The notes beneath the pieces are model-generated. The model saw only the letters and a program-made list of their open reading frames with translations, was not told the DNA's origin and did not search any database. Shown here piece by piece: positions 39,681 to 48,363 of a stretch of DNA of 64,000 bases. The stretch spans positions 66,518 through 130,517 of the forward strand of contig JAPLYZ010000007.1 in the NCBI GenBank assembly GCA_026395295.1, written 5' to 3'. The position numbers were made by a program, and so were the translations under genes. The stretch is from Candidatus Staskawiczbacteria bacterium. Its GTDB lineage: Bacteria; Patescibacteriota; Minisyncoccia; Minisyncoccales; Staskawiczbacteraceae. Each line of letters starts with the position of its first letter. Within the stretch, counting starts at the first letter, position 1.

Positions 39681-41378
39681 TTACATTCTATTCAAAGTTT
39701 TCATCCCCAACAGCCATAAACCGTTTTCCATAATCCGAGTAAATGCGATGGTCAGCGCCACCCTATAAGGCGATGTCTCTTTTTCGTCAACAATTTTATT
39801 CTCCGCATAATAAGTATTAAATGTTGCGGCAAGTTCCGTCAGGTACAGCGAAACATAGTGAGGCTCATAACTTTTACCGGCTTGTACCACAATATCTGGG
39901 AAATAGCACATTATTTTTTCCAACTGAGTAATTTTTTCCGGCGCATTCTTAAAGGATGCTTTTAGCCCCTGTTCTTTGGCTTTCCTTAAAACCGACTTCG
40001 CCCTCGCATATGAGTATTGTAGGTAAGGACCCGAATCGCCCTCAAAAGAAATTGAATGTTCAAAATTAAAAATAATATCGTGTCCTATCGTCTGTTTTAA
40101 AATTGAATACTTTATGGCGCCTATAGCAACATCTTCAATAATTTCTTTTTTTTCTTTTTCTGACAATTCTCTGTCTTTTATTTTTTCTCTTACCAATTCT
40201 TCAACTTTTTCTATTAAAGATTCTCCGGTTATAACTTTCCCCGTGCGAGATGACATCTTTCCTTCGGGCAGCCTCAACATTCCATGACCGATATGTTTTG
40301 TTTTCTCTGCGAGCTTTGGTAAAACTTTATCCATTGCACAAAGCATCACCTTGAAATAATCATTCACCTCATTTCCGGTGACAATCACCGATTTGTCATA
40401 AGCATATTTTTCATACTTTATTTTCGCCAATCCCAAATCTTTTGCCTCGTACGTGGGTAAGCCATCCGAATTGATAAACACCCTTGTGTGTAAACCATAT
40501 TTTTCACCTTTAAAAATAATCGCTCCATTCTCTCCCTTCTCAAAAATTCCATCTTTTAACCCTTTCTCAACGATTTTTTTACCCAAATCGGCGACCTGGC
40601 TCTCAAAGATGAAATAGTCAAATTCTGTTCCGAGTTTTTTATAAATCTCGTTAAAATACTTTAGACTTACTTTTTTGCCTTCGTTATAAAGTTTATTTAT
40701 ATTTTTATCGCTCTTCTCAAATATTTTTTTATTTAATTCTGTTATTTCTTTCTTGGATATATCACTACTTTCGTATGCTTCAGAACCAAATCTATATGCT
40801 GTCCCCCAGATATGAACCATATCTGTCAGAGTGTCATTCTTTCTAATAAAATGACTGTTTTTTTCCATTTGTATCGCACCCCAAACCGCTTTTGCAATGC
40901 TAATTCCCACGTCTGACTGATAACAAGCTCTCTTTACTTTGGCTCCCTGAAATTCAAAGATACGAGATAATGATTCGCCGATAGCATTGCTCATCAGGTG
41001 TCCGATATGGAACTCTTTCAGTATGTTCGGGTCCGTGTAATCAATAATAATTTTTTTACTCTTTAATTCGTTTCCTTTACCAAAATCTTCATCTATATTT
41101 TTCAAATTCTCTATAAAAACTTTATCAGAAACAAAAAAATTAATGAAACCATTCGCCACTTCAATCTTCTCAAAAAAATCTTGCTTGCCAATCTTTTCTT
41201 TTATTGAATTGGCGACCTCAGAGGGATTCTTTCCTAATTTCTTAGCCAAAATCAGCGCGACATTTGTTGAGTAATCGCCATTTCTTTTGTCGCTGGGAAC
41301 TTCAACTGAAAAATCGCTGACTTCATTAAAGTCCTTAACAACCTCCTTAATTAAATTTATTATTTTTGCTTTTAACAT
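39681..41378 (-). CDS. argS: Arginine--tRNA ligase
   Basis: GDYSTN, FHIGH, KMSSRTG, GDSGPYLQY. Confidence 0.96.
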   Translation of the reverse strand: MLKAKIINLIKEVVKDFNEVSDFSVEVPSDKRNGDYSTNVALILAKKLGKNPSEVANSIKEKIGKQDFFEKIEVANGFINFFVSDKVFIENLKNIDEDFGKGNELKSKKIIIDYTDPNILKEFHIGHLMSNAIGESLSRIFEFQGAKVKRACYQSDVGISIAKAVWGAIQMEKNSHFIRKNDTLTDMVHIWGTAYRFGSEAYESSDISKKEITELNKKIFEKSDKNINKLYNEGKKVSLKYFNEIYKKLGTEFDYFIFESQVADLGKKIVEKGLKDGIFEKGENGAIIFKGEKYGLHTRVFINSDGLPTYEAKDLGLAKIKYEKYAYDKSVIVTGNEVNDYFKVMLCAMDKVLPKLAEKTKHIGHGMLRLPEGKMSSRTGKVITGESLIEKVEELVREKIKDRELSEKEKKEIIEDVAIGAIKYSILKQTIGHDIIFNFEHSISFEGDSGPYLQYSYARAKSVLRKAKEQGLKASFKNAPEKITQLEKIMCYFPDIVVQAGKSYEPHYVSLYLTELAATFNTYYAENKIVDEKETSPYRVALTIAFTRIMENGLWLLGMKTLNRM

Positions 41379-42131
41379 TTAGCTAATTACTGTGCCTATA
41401 AACGGCTTGTTATTTAAAAAATCTTCTAACCGCTCTAAATTTTTACCATTAATCATTATGACTTTTAGTTTTAACTGAGCCGCCAATTTTGAAGCTTTTG
41501 GGTCAAACGGCATTGAAAGGCCTGGTATCCATTTATCGCCCACAATTCTTTCAAAATTTTTCCAATCAATATCTTTTAGGGGCTTAGCATCGGGAAATTG
41601 AAGTGGATTCTTGTCATACACATAATCAACATTTGTAAGGTTAATTATGGTTTTTAATCCGTAATTTTTGGCTGTTAAAACAGAAACGTAATCGGTTGAC
41701 CAGCCGGGCTTGTATCCTGCGCCAACTATAATTTCCTTGGTGGTTTTTATTTTCTTTTTCGGGTCTGTAACAATTTTAGGATAAGAATAGCCGGAAAATA
41801 ACTGTTTTACAACTTCTGCGTTTAATTTTGTAACATCAATTCCAATCCAATCTCTTTCATTAGACTTTGCGCCAAATTCCAAAAGAGCTTTTTGATATGC
41901 TCTCGCAATTTTCCCTCCACCAACCAAGACAAAGAATTGTCTTGCCCTGAGCGGAGTCGAAGGGCTATCCCCGATATATTTACTAAGAGAGTGCCGGAAA
42001 TTCTTCAAAAATCCTAAATCAATCTCATCTGGCGCCACCAACGACCCTCCCAAAGATATAATTATTGTTTCCCTCGCCCCGCGAAGCGGGGTACCCTTTG
42101 GGTCGGAAGTGGGGTTTTTTACATTATCCAT
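41379..42131 (-). CDS. pyrH: UMP kinase (archaeal-like type)
   Basis: ISLGGS, VGGG..AR.Y, PGWSTD, TNVDYVYDKNP, FDP. Confidence 0.92.
   Translation of the reverse strand: MDNVKNPTSDPKGTPLRGARETIIISLGGSLVAPDEIDLGFLKNFRHSLSKYIGDSPSTPLRARQFFVLVGGGKIARAYQKALLEFGAKSNERDWIGIDVTKLNAEVVKQLFSGYSYPKIVTDPKKKIKTTKEIIVGAGYKPGWSTDYVSVLTAKNYGLKTIINLTNVDYVYDKNPLQFPDAKPLKDIDWKNFERIVGDKWIPGLSMPFDPKASKLAAQLKLKVIMINGKNLERLEDFLNNKPFIGTVIS
41941..41964 (-). repeat. Family-1 palindromic element in frame in pyrH
   Basis: cccttcgactccgctcagggcaag encodes PSTPLRAR. Confidence 0.85.
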
Positions 42132-42209
42132 AATAAAATTTTAGCACATATCCGCATAAAATTAAAGTTTTTGTCTTCCATTCGATTAATTCAAACTATC
42201 AACCTCGTG

Positions 42210-42331
42210 TCAGGTTAACATTATGTTAACCTGAATTAATTTGATAGTGGTAAGATTTTTGTCGTTCGGCAAAAAACCTACCATTATCTTTTTCGTTATT
42301 TTCATATTTTTTCACGTGGCGTGAAAAAATA
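42210..42331. repeat. Paired palindromes A+B (copy 2) plus a third palindrome
   Basis: tcaggttaacat-t-atgttaacctga; tggtaagatttttgtcgttcggcaaaaaacctacca; tattttttcacg-tgg-cgtgaaaaaata. Confidence 0.75.
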
Positions 42332-42442
42332 CCCATTGTAGTTTCTTCATGTTGTTTGTTCTGTCTAACAAAGCAGTGCGATATCAAAAGGATGACAAAG
42401 CTGAGCCATGCAAAAAAAGAGCACCTACTTAATTTCGGTGCC

Positions 42443-42856
42443 TTACTTGGTAACGGAGGGCATTCCCATGAGGATTAAAATTTCTCGTAACTCCCGTATA
42501 GACTTTTTCCCCATGTTCCGAGCCTTAATCAATTCCATTTCTGTTGTTTCGGCTACATCCTTTACGGTCCAGCACGCGATTCGGTGCAGTGCATTGCGTA
42601 TCCTCGTAGATACGGGCAGGTCGTCGATAGACAGGTCTCCCACTTTTCCGTTCTTAATCGCACGTTGCAATCGACTCATTCGTTCGATAATTAGTTCACC
42701 TTCCCCGATCAATATAGTAACACGCGATTCCGATATGCAAAATCGCTTGCCGATTTTTCCAAGACTCTTACCACTTTTGCGCAACCTTAGAATAGCTTTT
42801 ATCCGTCCATCGGACACCAGATTAATCTTAGCTTCACTGAATCTTATTATTTTCAT
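42443..42856 (-). CDS. HTH plus RNA polymerase alpha-CTD-like protein
   Basis: SLGKIGKRFCISESRV HTH; IDDLPVSTRIRNAL..ELIKARNMGKKSIREL alpha-CTD signature. Confidence 0.8.
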   Translation of the reverse strand: MKIIRFSEAKINLVSDGRIKAILRLRKSGKSLGKIGKRFCISESRVTILIGEGELIIERMSRLQRAIKNGKVGDLSIDDLPVSTRIRNALHRIACWTVKDVAETTEMELIKARNMGKKSIRELREILILMGMPSVTK

Positions 42857-42958
42857 TCCTATCCTTATTATACAGTTTAAAGTGCTACATAATACATAGC
42901 ATATAAAGAGTACGATGTCAATATTTTCTGAAATGCAAATAAATGATAATCTTAATCA

Positions 42959-43405
42959 ATGAAGATATTTAGTGAAAATAAAAAAGCGGGGTTTGATTAT
43001 GAAGTCCTGGAAAGGTTTGAGGCAGGGCTGGTTTTGTTTGGCCAAGAGGTAAAATCCATAAAAACCGGACATATAAATTTATCTGGAGCTTACGTGAGTT
43101 TGGCGTCAGGCGAGCCTTTTTTGGTGGGGGTAAAAGTGCCTCCCTACCAGCCAAATAATGCCGGAGCCGGCTACAACGACGAACGTCAAAGAAAGCTTCT
43201 TCTAAACAAAAAAGAGATTGATTATTTGCAAGGAAAGACAAAAGTTAAGGGTTTTTCGCTTATACCCTTGAAAGTTTACGAAAAGAGTGGTAGGATAAAG
43301 CTCGAATTCGGATTAGCCCGCGGTAAGAAGAAATTTGATAAAAAAGAGAAAATAAAAAAGAGAGACGTGGAAAGAGAGGTTAATCGCGAATTATCAAGGG
43401 AGTGA
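42959..43405 (+). CDS. smpB: SsrA-binding protein
   Basis: NKKAGFDY, EAGLVL.G.EVKS, RKLLL.K.EI, GKKKFDK. Confidence 0.96.
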   Translation: MKIFSENKKAGFDYEVLERFEAGLVLFGQEVKSIKTGHINLSGAYVSLASGEPFLVGVKVPPYQPNNAGAGYNDERQRKLLLNKKEIDYLQGKTKVKGFSLIPLKVYEKSGRIKLEFGLARGKKKFDKKEKIKKRDVEREVNRELSRE

Positions 43406-43749
43406 ATGTTTCGATGGATAGTTTTTTTGAGTAAGGCAAGTTGAGCTTTCTTGGGGCTCGTTAATATCCGGGAAAAAACATAATTGCTAATTTATTTAAC
43501 TTTAATAAGCAACCAGCGTTAGCTTTCGCTTAATGCTGCATCCTTACCGTTGACTCCTAATAAACGGACCAAGGGTGTTATATTATTAGGATAGGCATTT
43601 CATTTCTCCGGTGACTTGCCGAAACTAAGGAGATAAGGCGTTAAAAATTTTGTTAATTCTTTATTTAACGTTCGAACACCAGAATTAACTAAACTTGTAG
43701 AATTGCTTTCAAAAACTTTTCAGACGCGAGTTCAATCTCGCCACTTCCA
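43398..43749 (+). ncRNA. ssrA: tmRNA; tag (A)ANLFNFNKQPALAFA at 43486-43533
   Basis: Acceptor GGGAGTG/CACTTCC-A with G3-U70, T-arm gcgag-ttcaat-ctcgc, Ala-rich tag end, adjacent to smpB. Confidence 0.92.
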
Positions 43750-43750
43750 C

Positions 43751-43772
43751 ACTTCGACAAACTCAGTGTAAA
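43751..43772 (+). repeat. Family-1 palindromic element directly after tmRNA
   Basis: acttcgacaaactcagtgtaaa. Confidence 0.7.
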
Positions 43773-43782
43773 CCAAAAAACT

Positions 43783-44289
43783 TTGGATAAAATTTTAATC
43801 AACAATTTCATAAGGGCAAAAGAGGTACGGGTTATTTCAGAAACCGGCGAACAGCTGGGAGTTATGAATATCTTTCAAGCAATTGATTTGGCAAAATCAA
43901 AAAGTTTGGACTTAATCCAAGTTACAGAAAAGGTTGAACCGCCAGTTTGCAGGATTGGAAATTACGGAAAATATCTTTATCAGCAACAAAAAAAGGAAAA
44001 GAAAATGACAAAACCCAAGGGCGGAGACTTGAAAGAAATAAGATTAACTTTTAACATTTCACCCCACGACATGGAAGTAAGGGCAAAACAAGCTAAAAAA
44101 TTCTTAGACGATGGCGACAAAGTTAAAATAAATATGTCGCTAAGGGGCAGAGAGAAAGCAATGGGCGGATTTGCCACAGAAAAAGTAAAATTATTTTTAG
44201 GAAATTTAAATTCGTTAATACCAATTAAAACAGAGAGAGAATTAAAACGTGAACCCAGAGGTTTCACAATGATTGTCTCTAAGCAATAA
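43783..44289 (+). CDS. infC: Translation initiation factor IF-3
   Basis: INNFIRAKEVRVI, PPVCRI, KEIRL, LRGRE; non-ATG start. Confidence 0.95.
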   Translation: MDKILINNFIRAKEVRVISETGEQLGVMNIFQAIDLAKSKSLDLIQVTEKVEPPVCRIGNYGKYLYQQQKKEKKMTKPKGGDLKEIRLTFNISPHDMEVRAKQAKKFLDDGDKVKINMSLRGREKAMGGFATEKVKLFLGNLNSLIPIKTERELKREPRGFTMIVSKQ

Positions 44290-44290
44290 T

Positions 44291-44479
44291 ATGAATAAGA
44301 CTAAAAAAGCCTTGATAAAAAGGTTCAAAATAACAAAAAACGGCAAAATTTTAAGACGAGCAACCGGCCAAAACCATTATAGATCAAAAAAAACCGGCGA
44401 GCAGAGGAGAAAAGGTCGCAAATGGATACCTCTAGCAAAAAACGAGGCGCAAAAATTAAAAAAGTTTTTAACCAAGTAA
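44291..44479 (+). CDS. rpmI: 50S ribosomal protein L35
   Basis: KTKKALIKRFKITKNGK; position between infC and rplT. Confidence 0.92.
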   Translation: MNKTKKALIKRFKITKNGKILRRATGQNHYRSKKTGEQRRKGRKWIPLAKNEAQKLKKFLTK

Positions 44480-44480
44480 C

Positions 44481-44834
44481 ATGTCAAGAGTCAAAAGAGC
44501 TGTGCTTGCCCGCAAACACAGAAAAGGCATAATGAAACATGCCAAGGGCTACAGGCAGGCAAGAAAATCAAAATTTAAAGCGGCAAAAGACGCATTAAGA
44601 CATGCGTGGACTTATGCATACAGAGACAGAAAAAATAAAAAGAGAACTTTCAGGAATTTGTGGAATTTGCAGATCAATGCGTTAGCAAGACAAAACGGGA
44701 TCACGTACAGCAGGCTGATGGAGGGCTTAAGAAAGAAAAGCATAGAATTAGACAGAAAAGTTTTGTCTGAATTAGCAAACGATTATCCCGAAGTGTTTAT
44801 AAAAATCGTAGAAGAAGTACGTTCAACCAAATAG
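44481..44834 (+). CDS. rplT: 50S ribosomal protein L20
   Basis: MSRVKR, AYRDRKNKKRTFRNLW, LDRKVLSELA. Confidence 0.96.
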   Translation: MSRVKRAVLARKHRKGIMKHAKGYRQARKSKFKAAKDALRHAWTYAYRDRKNKKRTFRNLWNLQINALARQNGITYSRLMEGLRKKSIELDRKVLSELANDYPEVFIKIVEEVRSTK

Positions 44835-44848
44835 AAAACAAAAAAAGA

Positions 44849-44880
44849 ACCGCTTCCTGAAAAGGGGGCGGTTTTCGTTT
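44849..44880. terminator. Intrinsic terminator, probably bidirectional
   Basis: aaccgcttcc-tgaaaa-gggggcggtt with A and T flanks. Confidence 0.7.
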
Positions 44881-44908
44881 GTGTTATATCCATAAATCAC
44901 GCCAAAGT

Positions 44909-45196
44909 TTAGCCTGATGGATACCTTATCGTTGTGAATATTTCAAGGTTCCTGAATGCGCGACTCAGCAGGACCGCTATCTCTGACTCGGTTACTGGGA
45001 AAAAATAGAAACTGGCTGCTGTTGCAGAATATCTTGATCCGCTCCAGCGAAGATGTCGAACAACATCGTGCGCTTCTTTGGTAAACACATAGACCTCCGC
45101 TCCAAACAGGGGCATTATCTTAACAACTAAATCATACCCATTAGACATTGATATCTCGCAATCTCCCCAGACGTTTTTCATTAGAAGAGCTCTCAT
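44909..45196 (-). CDS. Small hypothetical accessory protein
   Basis: Strong SD AAGGAGG 5 nt before ATG. Confidence 0.6.
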   Translation of the reverse strand: MRALLMKNVWGDCEISMSNGYDLVVKIMPLFGAEVYVFTKEAHDVVRHLRWSGSRYSATAASFYFFPVTESEIAVLLSRAFRNLEIFTTIRYPSG

Positions 45197-45306
45197 TTTT
45201 GCCTCCTTCTCAAATCAATAGGTGTATCATCATATCTCTTACTATCACATTTTTTGCTCTAAGTAAACAAAAAAACGCCACTGCGTCTATAATTTTTAAT
45301 TGGGCA

Positions 45307-45792
45307 CTATCTTTCAATTTTTATAATGAAATCATTTGCCTCTTTCAATAATTTTTTTGAATTTTTGAACGTTGTTTTCTTAATTGCCTCGGCAATGGGC
45401 AACCATAAAAATCCTGAATGCTCAGAAGAAATTTTAATTTCTTTGGTTTTTGTTTCTGCAGCAAAAAATGCCACCAATTTAAAAACCCATGGAGTTTTCC
45501 CTGCCTTTCTGTCTGCTTCAGAAACATTTTCTTTATATTGTCTGAAAAAATATTTCATATACTTTTTGAAACCCGGAATAAGTTTTAAATCTTTGATGCC
45601 GGTTTCTTCTGCCACCTCTCTTCTTACGGTCTCTTCCTCGGTCTCTTTTCCTTCAATGTGCCCCTTGGGAAACTCCCAATGACCCGACCCGTAATGCAAA
45701 AGTAAAAAATATCTTTTATATTTTTTACCCTGAGCCGAGTCGAAGGGCTCGTCTCTGAAAATTATAGCTCCTGCTGATTTTTCTTTAGGCAT
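45307..45792 (-). CDS. NUDIX hydrolase (Ap4A hydrolase-like)
   Basis: EKSAGA, HWEFPKGH, REVAEETG, SEH. Confidence 0.92.
   Translation of the reverse strand: MPKEKSAGAIIFRDEPFDSAQGKKYKRYFLLLHYGSGHWEFPKGHIEGKETEEETVRREVAEETGIKDLKLIPGFKKYMKYFFRQYKENVSEADRKAGKTPWVFKLVAFFAAETKTKEIKISSEHSGFLWLPIAEAIKKTTFKNSKKLLKEANDFIIKIER
45727..45747 (-). repeat. Family-1 palindromic element in frame in the NUDIX gene
   Basis: cccttcgactcggctcagggt encodes PFDSAQG. Confidence 0.85.
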
Positions 45793-47570
45793 TACTTAAA
45801 AAATTCTAATAATTTTTCTACGGACAACGTGTTTATTATATCTGCTTTTTCTGCCCAGCCACGATGTGCTTGACCAATTCCATATTCCATCAAATTCAAC
45901 TGTTCTTTATTGTGGCTGTCTGTGTTTATTATCATCTTTAATCCATGCGTTTTGGCTCTTCGAATGTTGAAACCATTCAGATCCAATCTCAAGGGCGAGG
46001 AATTAATTTCTAAAATTGTGCCATTTTCCTTGGCAACTTCTAAAATTTTATCAAAATCCATTTGATATTCGTCTCTTTTTCCAATCAGCCTCCCGGTTGG
46101 ATGGCCAAATATATCAACATTACGGTTCTTTATGGCTTTTATTATTCTGGCTGTCATTTTTTTCTTTTCCATTTTCATACCTGAATGCACGCTGGCAATA
46201 ACATAATCTAATTTTTCTAAAATTTCGTCCTTCGCATTAAGCGATCCGTCCAACATTATGTCTGCCTCGCACCCATGCAACACTCTAAATTTCAAATTTT
46301 GTTTTTTAAATTTTGCATTTAGCTCTTCTATTTTTTTATGCTGTTTTAGAATTTCTTTTTCGTCTAGCCCATTGGTCACTCCCAAAAATTTCGTATGGTC
46401 GGAAATTCCCACATATTCATAGCCTAAATCCATTGCCGAACGAACCATTTCTTCAATTGAATCTTTTCCGTCGGAAGCAACCGTGTGGCAGTGCAGGTCG
46501 CCCTTTATATCTTTTTGTTTAATCAAAACAGGCAACGAACCGTTTAAAACAGCTTGAATTTCTCCATCGTCTTCGCGCATTTCCGGAGCTACAAAAGAAA
46601 GTCCAATTGCTTTATAAACATCTTCCTCGGTTGCCCCCGCTATTTGTCTTGCTCGCCCTGAGCCTGTCGAAGGGTTCCCTTCGAAAACTCCGTATTCAGA
46701 AAGTTTTAACCCTTTCTCAATGGCAATTTTCCGCGTGCTAATGTTGTGTTCCTTGGAGCCTGTAAAATATTGTAAAGCCGAGCCAAAACTTTCTCTTTTC
46801 ACCATTCTCAAGTCCACATCAAAGCCAGCTTTAAGCCTTACAGAGCATTTTGTAGAACCTTCTGCCCAAATTTTTTCAACCTCGGGCAAGCTAACAAAAA
46901 AATCAGCTGTTTTTTTAGGATTTTCCGACACCACTAAAATATCGATGTCTCCAATTGTCTCCTTCTGTCGTCTTACCGAGCCGGCAACGCTCACTTCTTT
47001 TATTTCCTTTCTTGCCCTTAAGCTCTCCTCAATAATTTTTACAGTCGGCATAATATCTCCAAGCAAAAACCTGCCTTTACTCCTCTTCAAAAATTCCAAC
47101 CCTTGCAAAATATTCTGCTCTGTTTTTTCTCCAAAACCAAAAAGCGGAGATATTTTATGGGCTTTAGCGGCTTTTCCCAAATCTTTCAAATCTTTAACTC
47201 CCAGTTCCCGATAAAGAACTTTTATTTTTTTAGGACCAAGGCTTTCAACCCTCAACAACTCGTCAACCTTCAGGGGTAACTTTTTTTTGAGCTCTTCCAA
47301 GCTTTTTATTTTTCCGCTTTTTAAATATTCCTCAATAGCTTTGGCAATTCCTTCGCCAACTCCCGGAATTTCTTGCAAACCTTTAATTCCTTTGCTTCTG
47401 TAAATTTCGCCAACATCCTCTTTCCAGTTATCTAAAGATAACGCCACTTTTCTGTAAGCATAGGGCTTAAAATCCACGCCTTCTATTTCCAAATAATCAG
47501 CCATTTCAAAAAATATTTTAGATAATTCCTGATTTTTCACCCCGTTAGAAGTCTTCTTTTTATTTTTCAA
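45792..47570 (-). CDS. polX: DNA polymerase X / PHP fusion
   Basis: GSVRR.KETIGDIDIL, YFTGSKEHN, DLHCHT.ASDG, HPTGR, NTDSH; start uncertain. Confidence 0.93.
   Translation of the reverse strand: MKNKKKTSNGVKNQELSKIFFEMADYLEIEGVDFKPYAYRKVALSLDNWKEDVGEIYRSKGIKGLQEIPGVGEGIAKAIEEYLKSGKIKSLEELKKKLPLKVDELLRVESLGPKKIKVLYRELGVKDLKDLGKAAKAHKISPLFGFGEKTEQNILQGLEFLKRSKGRFLLGDIMPTVKIIEESLRARKEIKEVSVAGSVRRQKETIGDIDILVVSENPKKTADFFVSLPEVEKIWAEGSTKCSVRLKAGFDVDLRMVKRESFGSALQYFTGSKEHNISTRKIAIEKGLKLSEYGVFEGNPSTGSGRARQIAGATEEDVYKAIGLSFVAPEMREDDGEIQAVLNGSLPVLIKQKDIKGDLHCHTVASDGKDSIEEMVRSAMDLGYEYVGISDHTKFLGVTNGLDEKEILKQHKKIEELNAKFKKQNLKFRVLHGCEADIMLDGSLNAKDEILEKLDYVIASVHSGMKMEKKKMTARIIKAIKNRNVDIFGHPTGRLIGKRDEYQMDFDKILEVAKENGTILEINSSPLRLDLNGFNIRRAKTHGLKMIINTDSHNKEQLNLMEYGIGQAHRGWAEKADIINTLSVEKLLEFFK
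46655..46674 (-). repeat. Family-1 palindromic element in frame in polX
   Basis: cccttcgacaggctcagggcg encodes PSTGSGR. Confidence 0.85.
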
Positions 47571-47621
47571 AAACTTCTGTACTTTTTATTTAATTTTTCC
47601 CCGTCCGACTTCTAACGGGGT
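47539..47621. repeat. 15-bp perfect inverted repeat pair (MITE/REPIN-like)
   Basis: accccgttagaagtc (47539-47553) and gacttctaacggggt (47607-47621). Confidence 0.75.
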
Positions 47622-47634
47622 TCATTTTTCTAAT

Positions 47635-48279
47635 TTACGGCTCTACAACTGGTTTTTCTCCGGAAAAAATAACGAAATGACCATCTCTGGCAAAAACGTG
47701 CTTCCTTATCGAAAACAATAAAATTGCGGAGACTATCGTGAGCGCACTTACACAAATAAAAAGAGTGTGGAATCCTGCAATAGATACTAAAAGACCGCTC
47801 AGCCCCCCTGCTATGCCAGCCCCTGTGCCAATTGAAGAAGTTTCCATGCCCCATTCAAAAGCTTCTTTCCCTTTATCTATATGACGAGTGAATATGGCCA
47901 ACCAAGAAGGAAGAGTCATAGCCATGCCTGCGGCATAAATAACCTGAAGCAAATAAATGTGCCATGGCACAGTGGCAAAAGTATAACCTATTGGGATCAA
48001 TGATATTATAAACATTCCTATAATCATTGACCAAAAATCATCCTTTTCTCCGTGGTGCTTATCTAGATAAATGGCTATTGGTATTTCAAAAAATGATTTT
48101 GGTATCCAATAAAAAAGAGCAGCTAACCCTGCTATCTCTGCCGCCTGCAAGGGGTTGCCACGAGTGATGTTCTCTAAAATAAAAATTGCGAACACCGGGG
48201 ACAAAAGACCCCACCCTAAATTTATGAAAAGATCGCTTATTATTAGTGTTTTTATAACCTTGTTGATAATTTTTGCCAT
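47635..48279 (-). CDS. Half-size MFS transporter (6 TM)
   Basis: MFS-like helices, YLDKHHGEK loop. Confidence 0.8.
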   Translation of the reverse strand: MAKIINKVIKTLIISDLFINLGWGLLSPVFAIFILENITRGNPLQAAEIAGLAALFYWIPKSFFEIPIAIYLDKHHGEKDDFWSMIIGMFIISLIPIGYTFATVPWHIYLLQVIYAAGMAMTLPSWLAIFTRHIDKGKEAFEWGMETSSIGTGAGIAGGLSGLLVSIAGFHTLFICVSALTIVSAILLFSIRKHVFARDGHFVIFSGEKPVVEP

Positions 48280-48363
48280 TTTTTTACTTTTAATGTTATT
48301 ACAGCATTATACTATAAAACAATTAAACAAAAAACCCCGAAAAGGGGCTTTGTGCTTGTTTCA

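Noticed and set aside
11-41378. Six aminoacyl-tRNA synthetase genes within 41 kb
   Set aside because: Plausible in a small genome dominated by information-processing genes; no shared regulatory element such as a T-box was seen.
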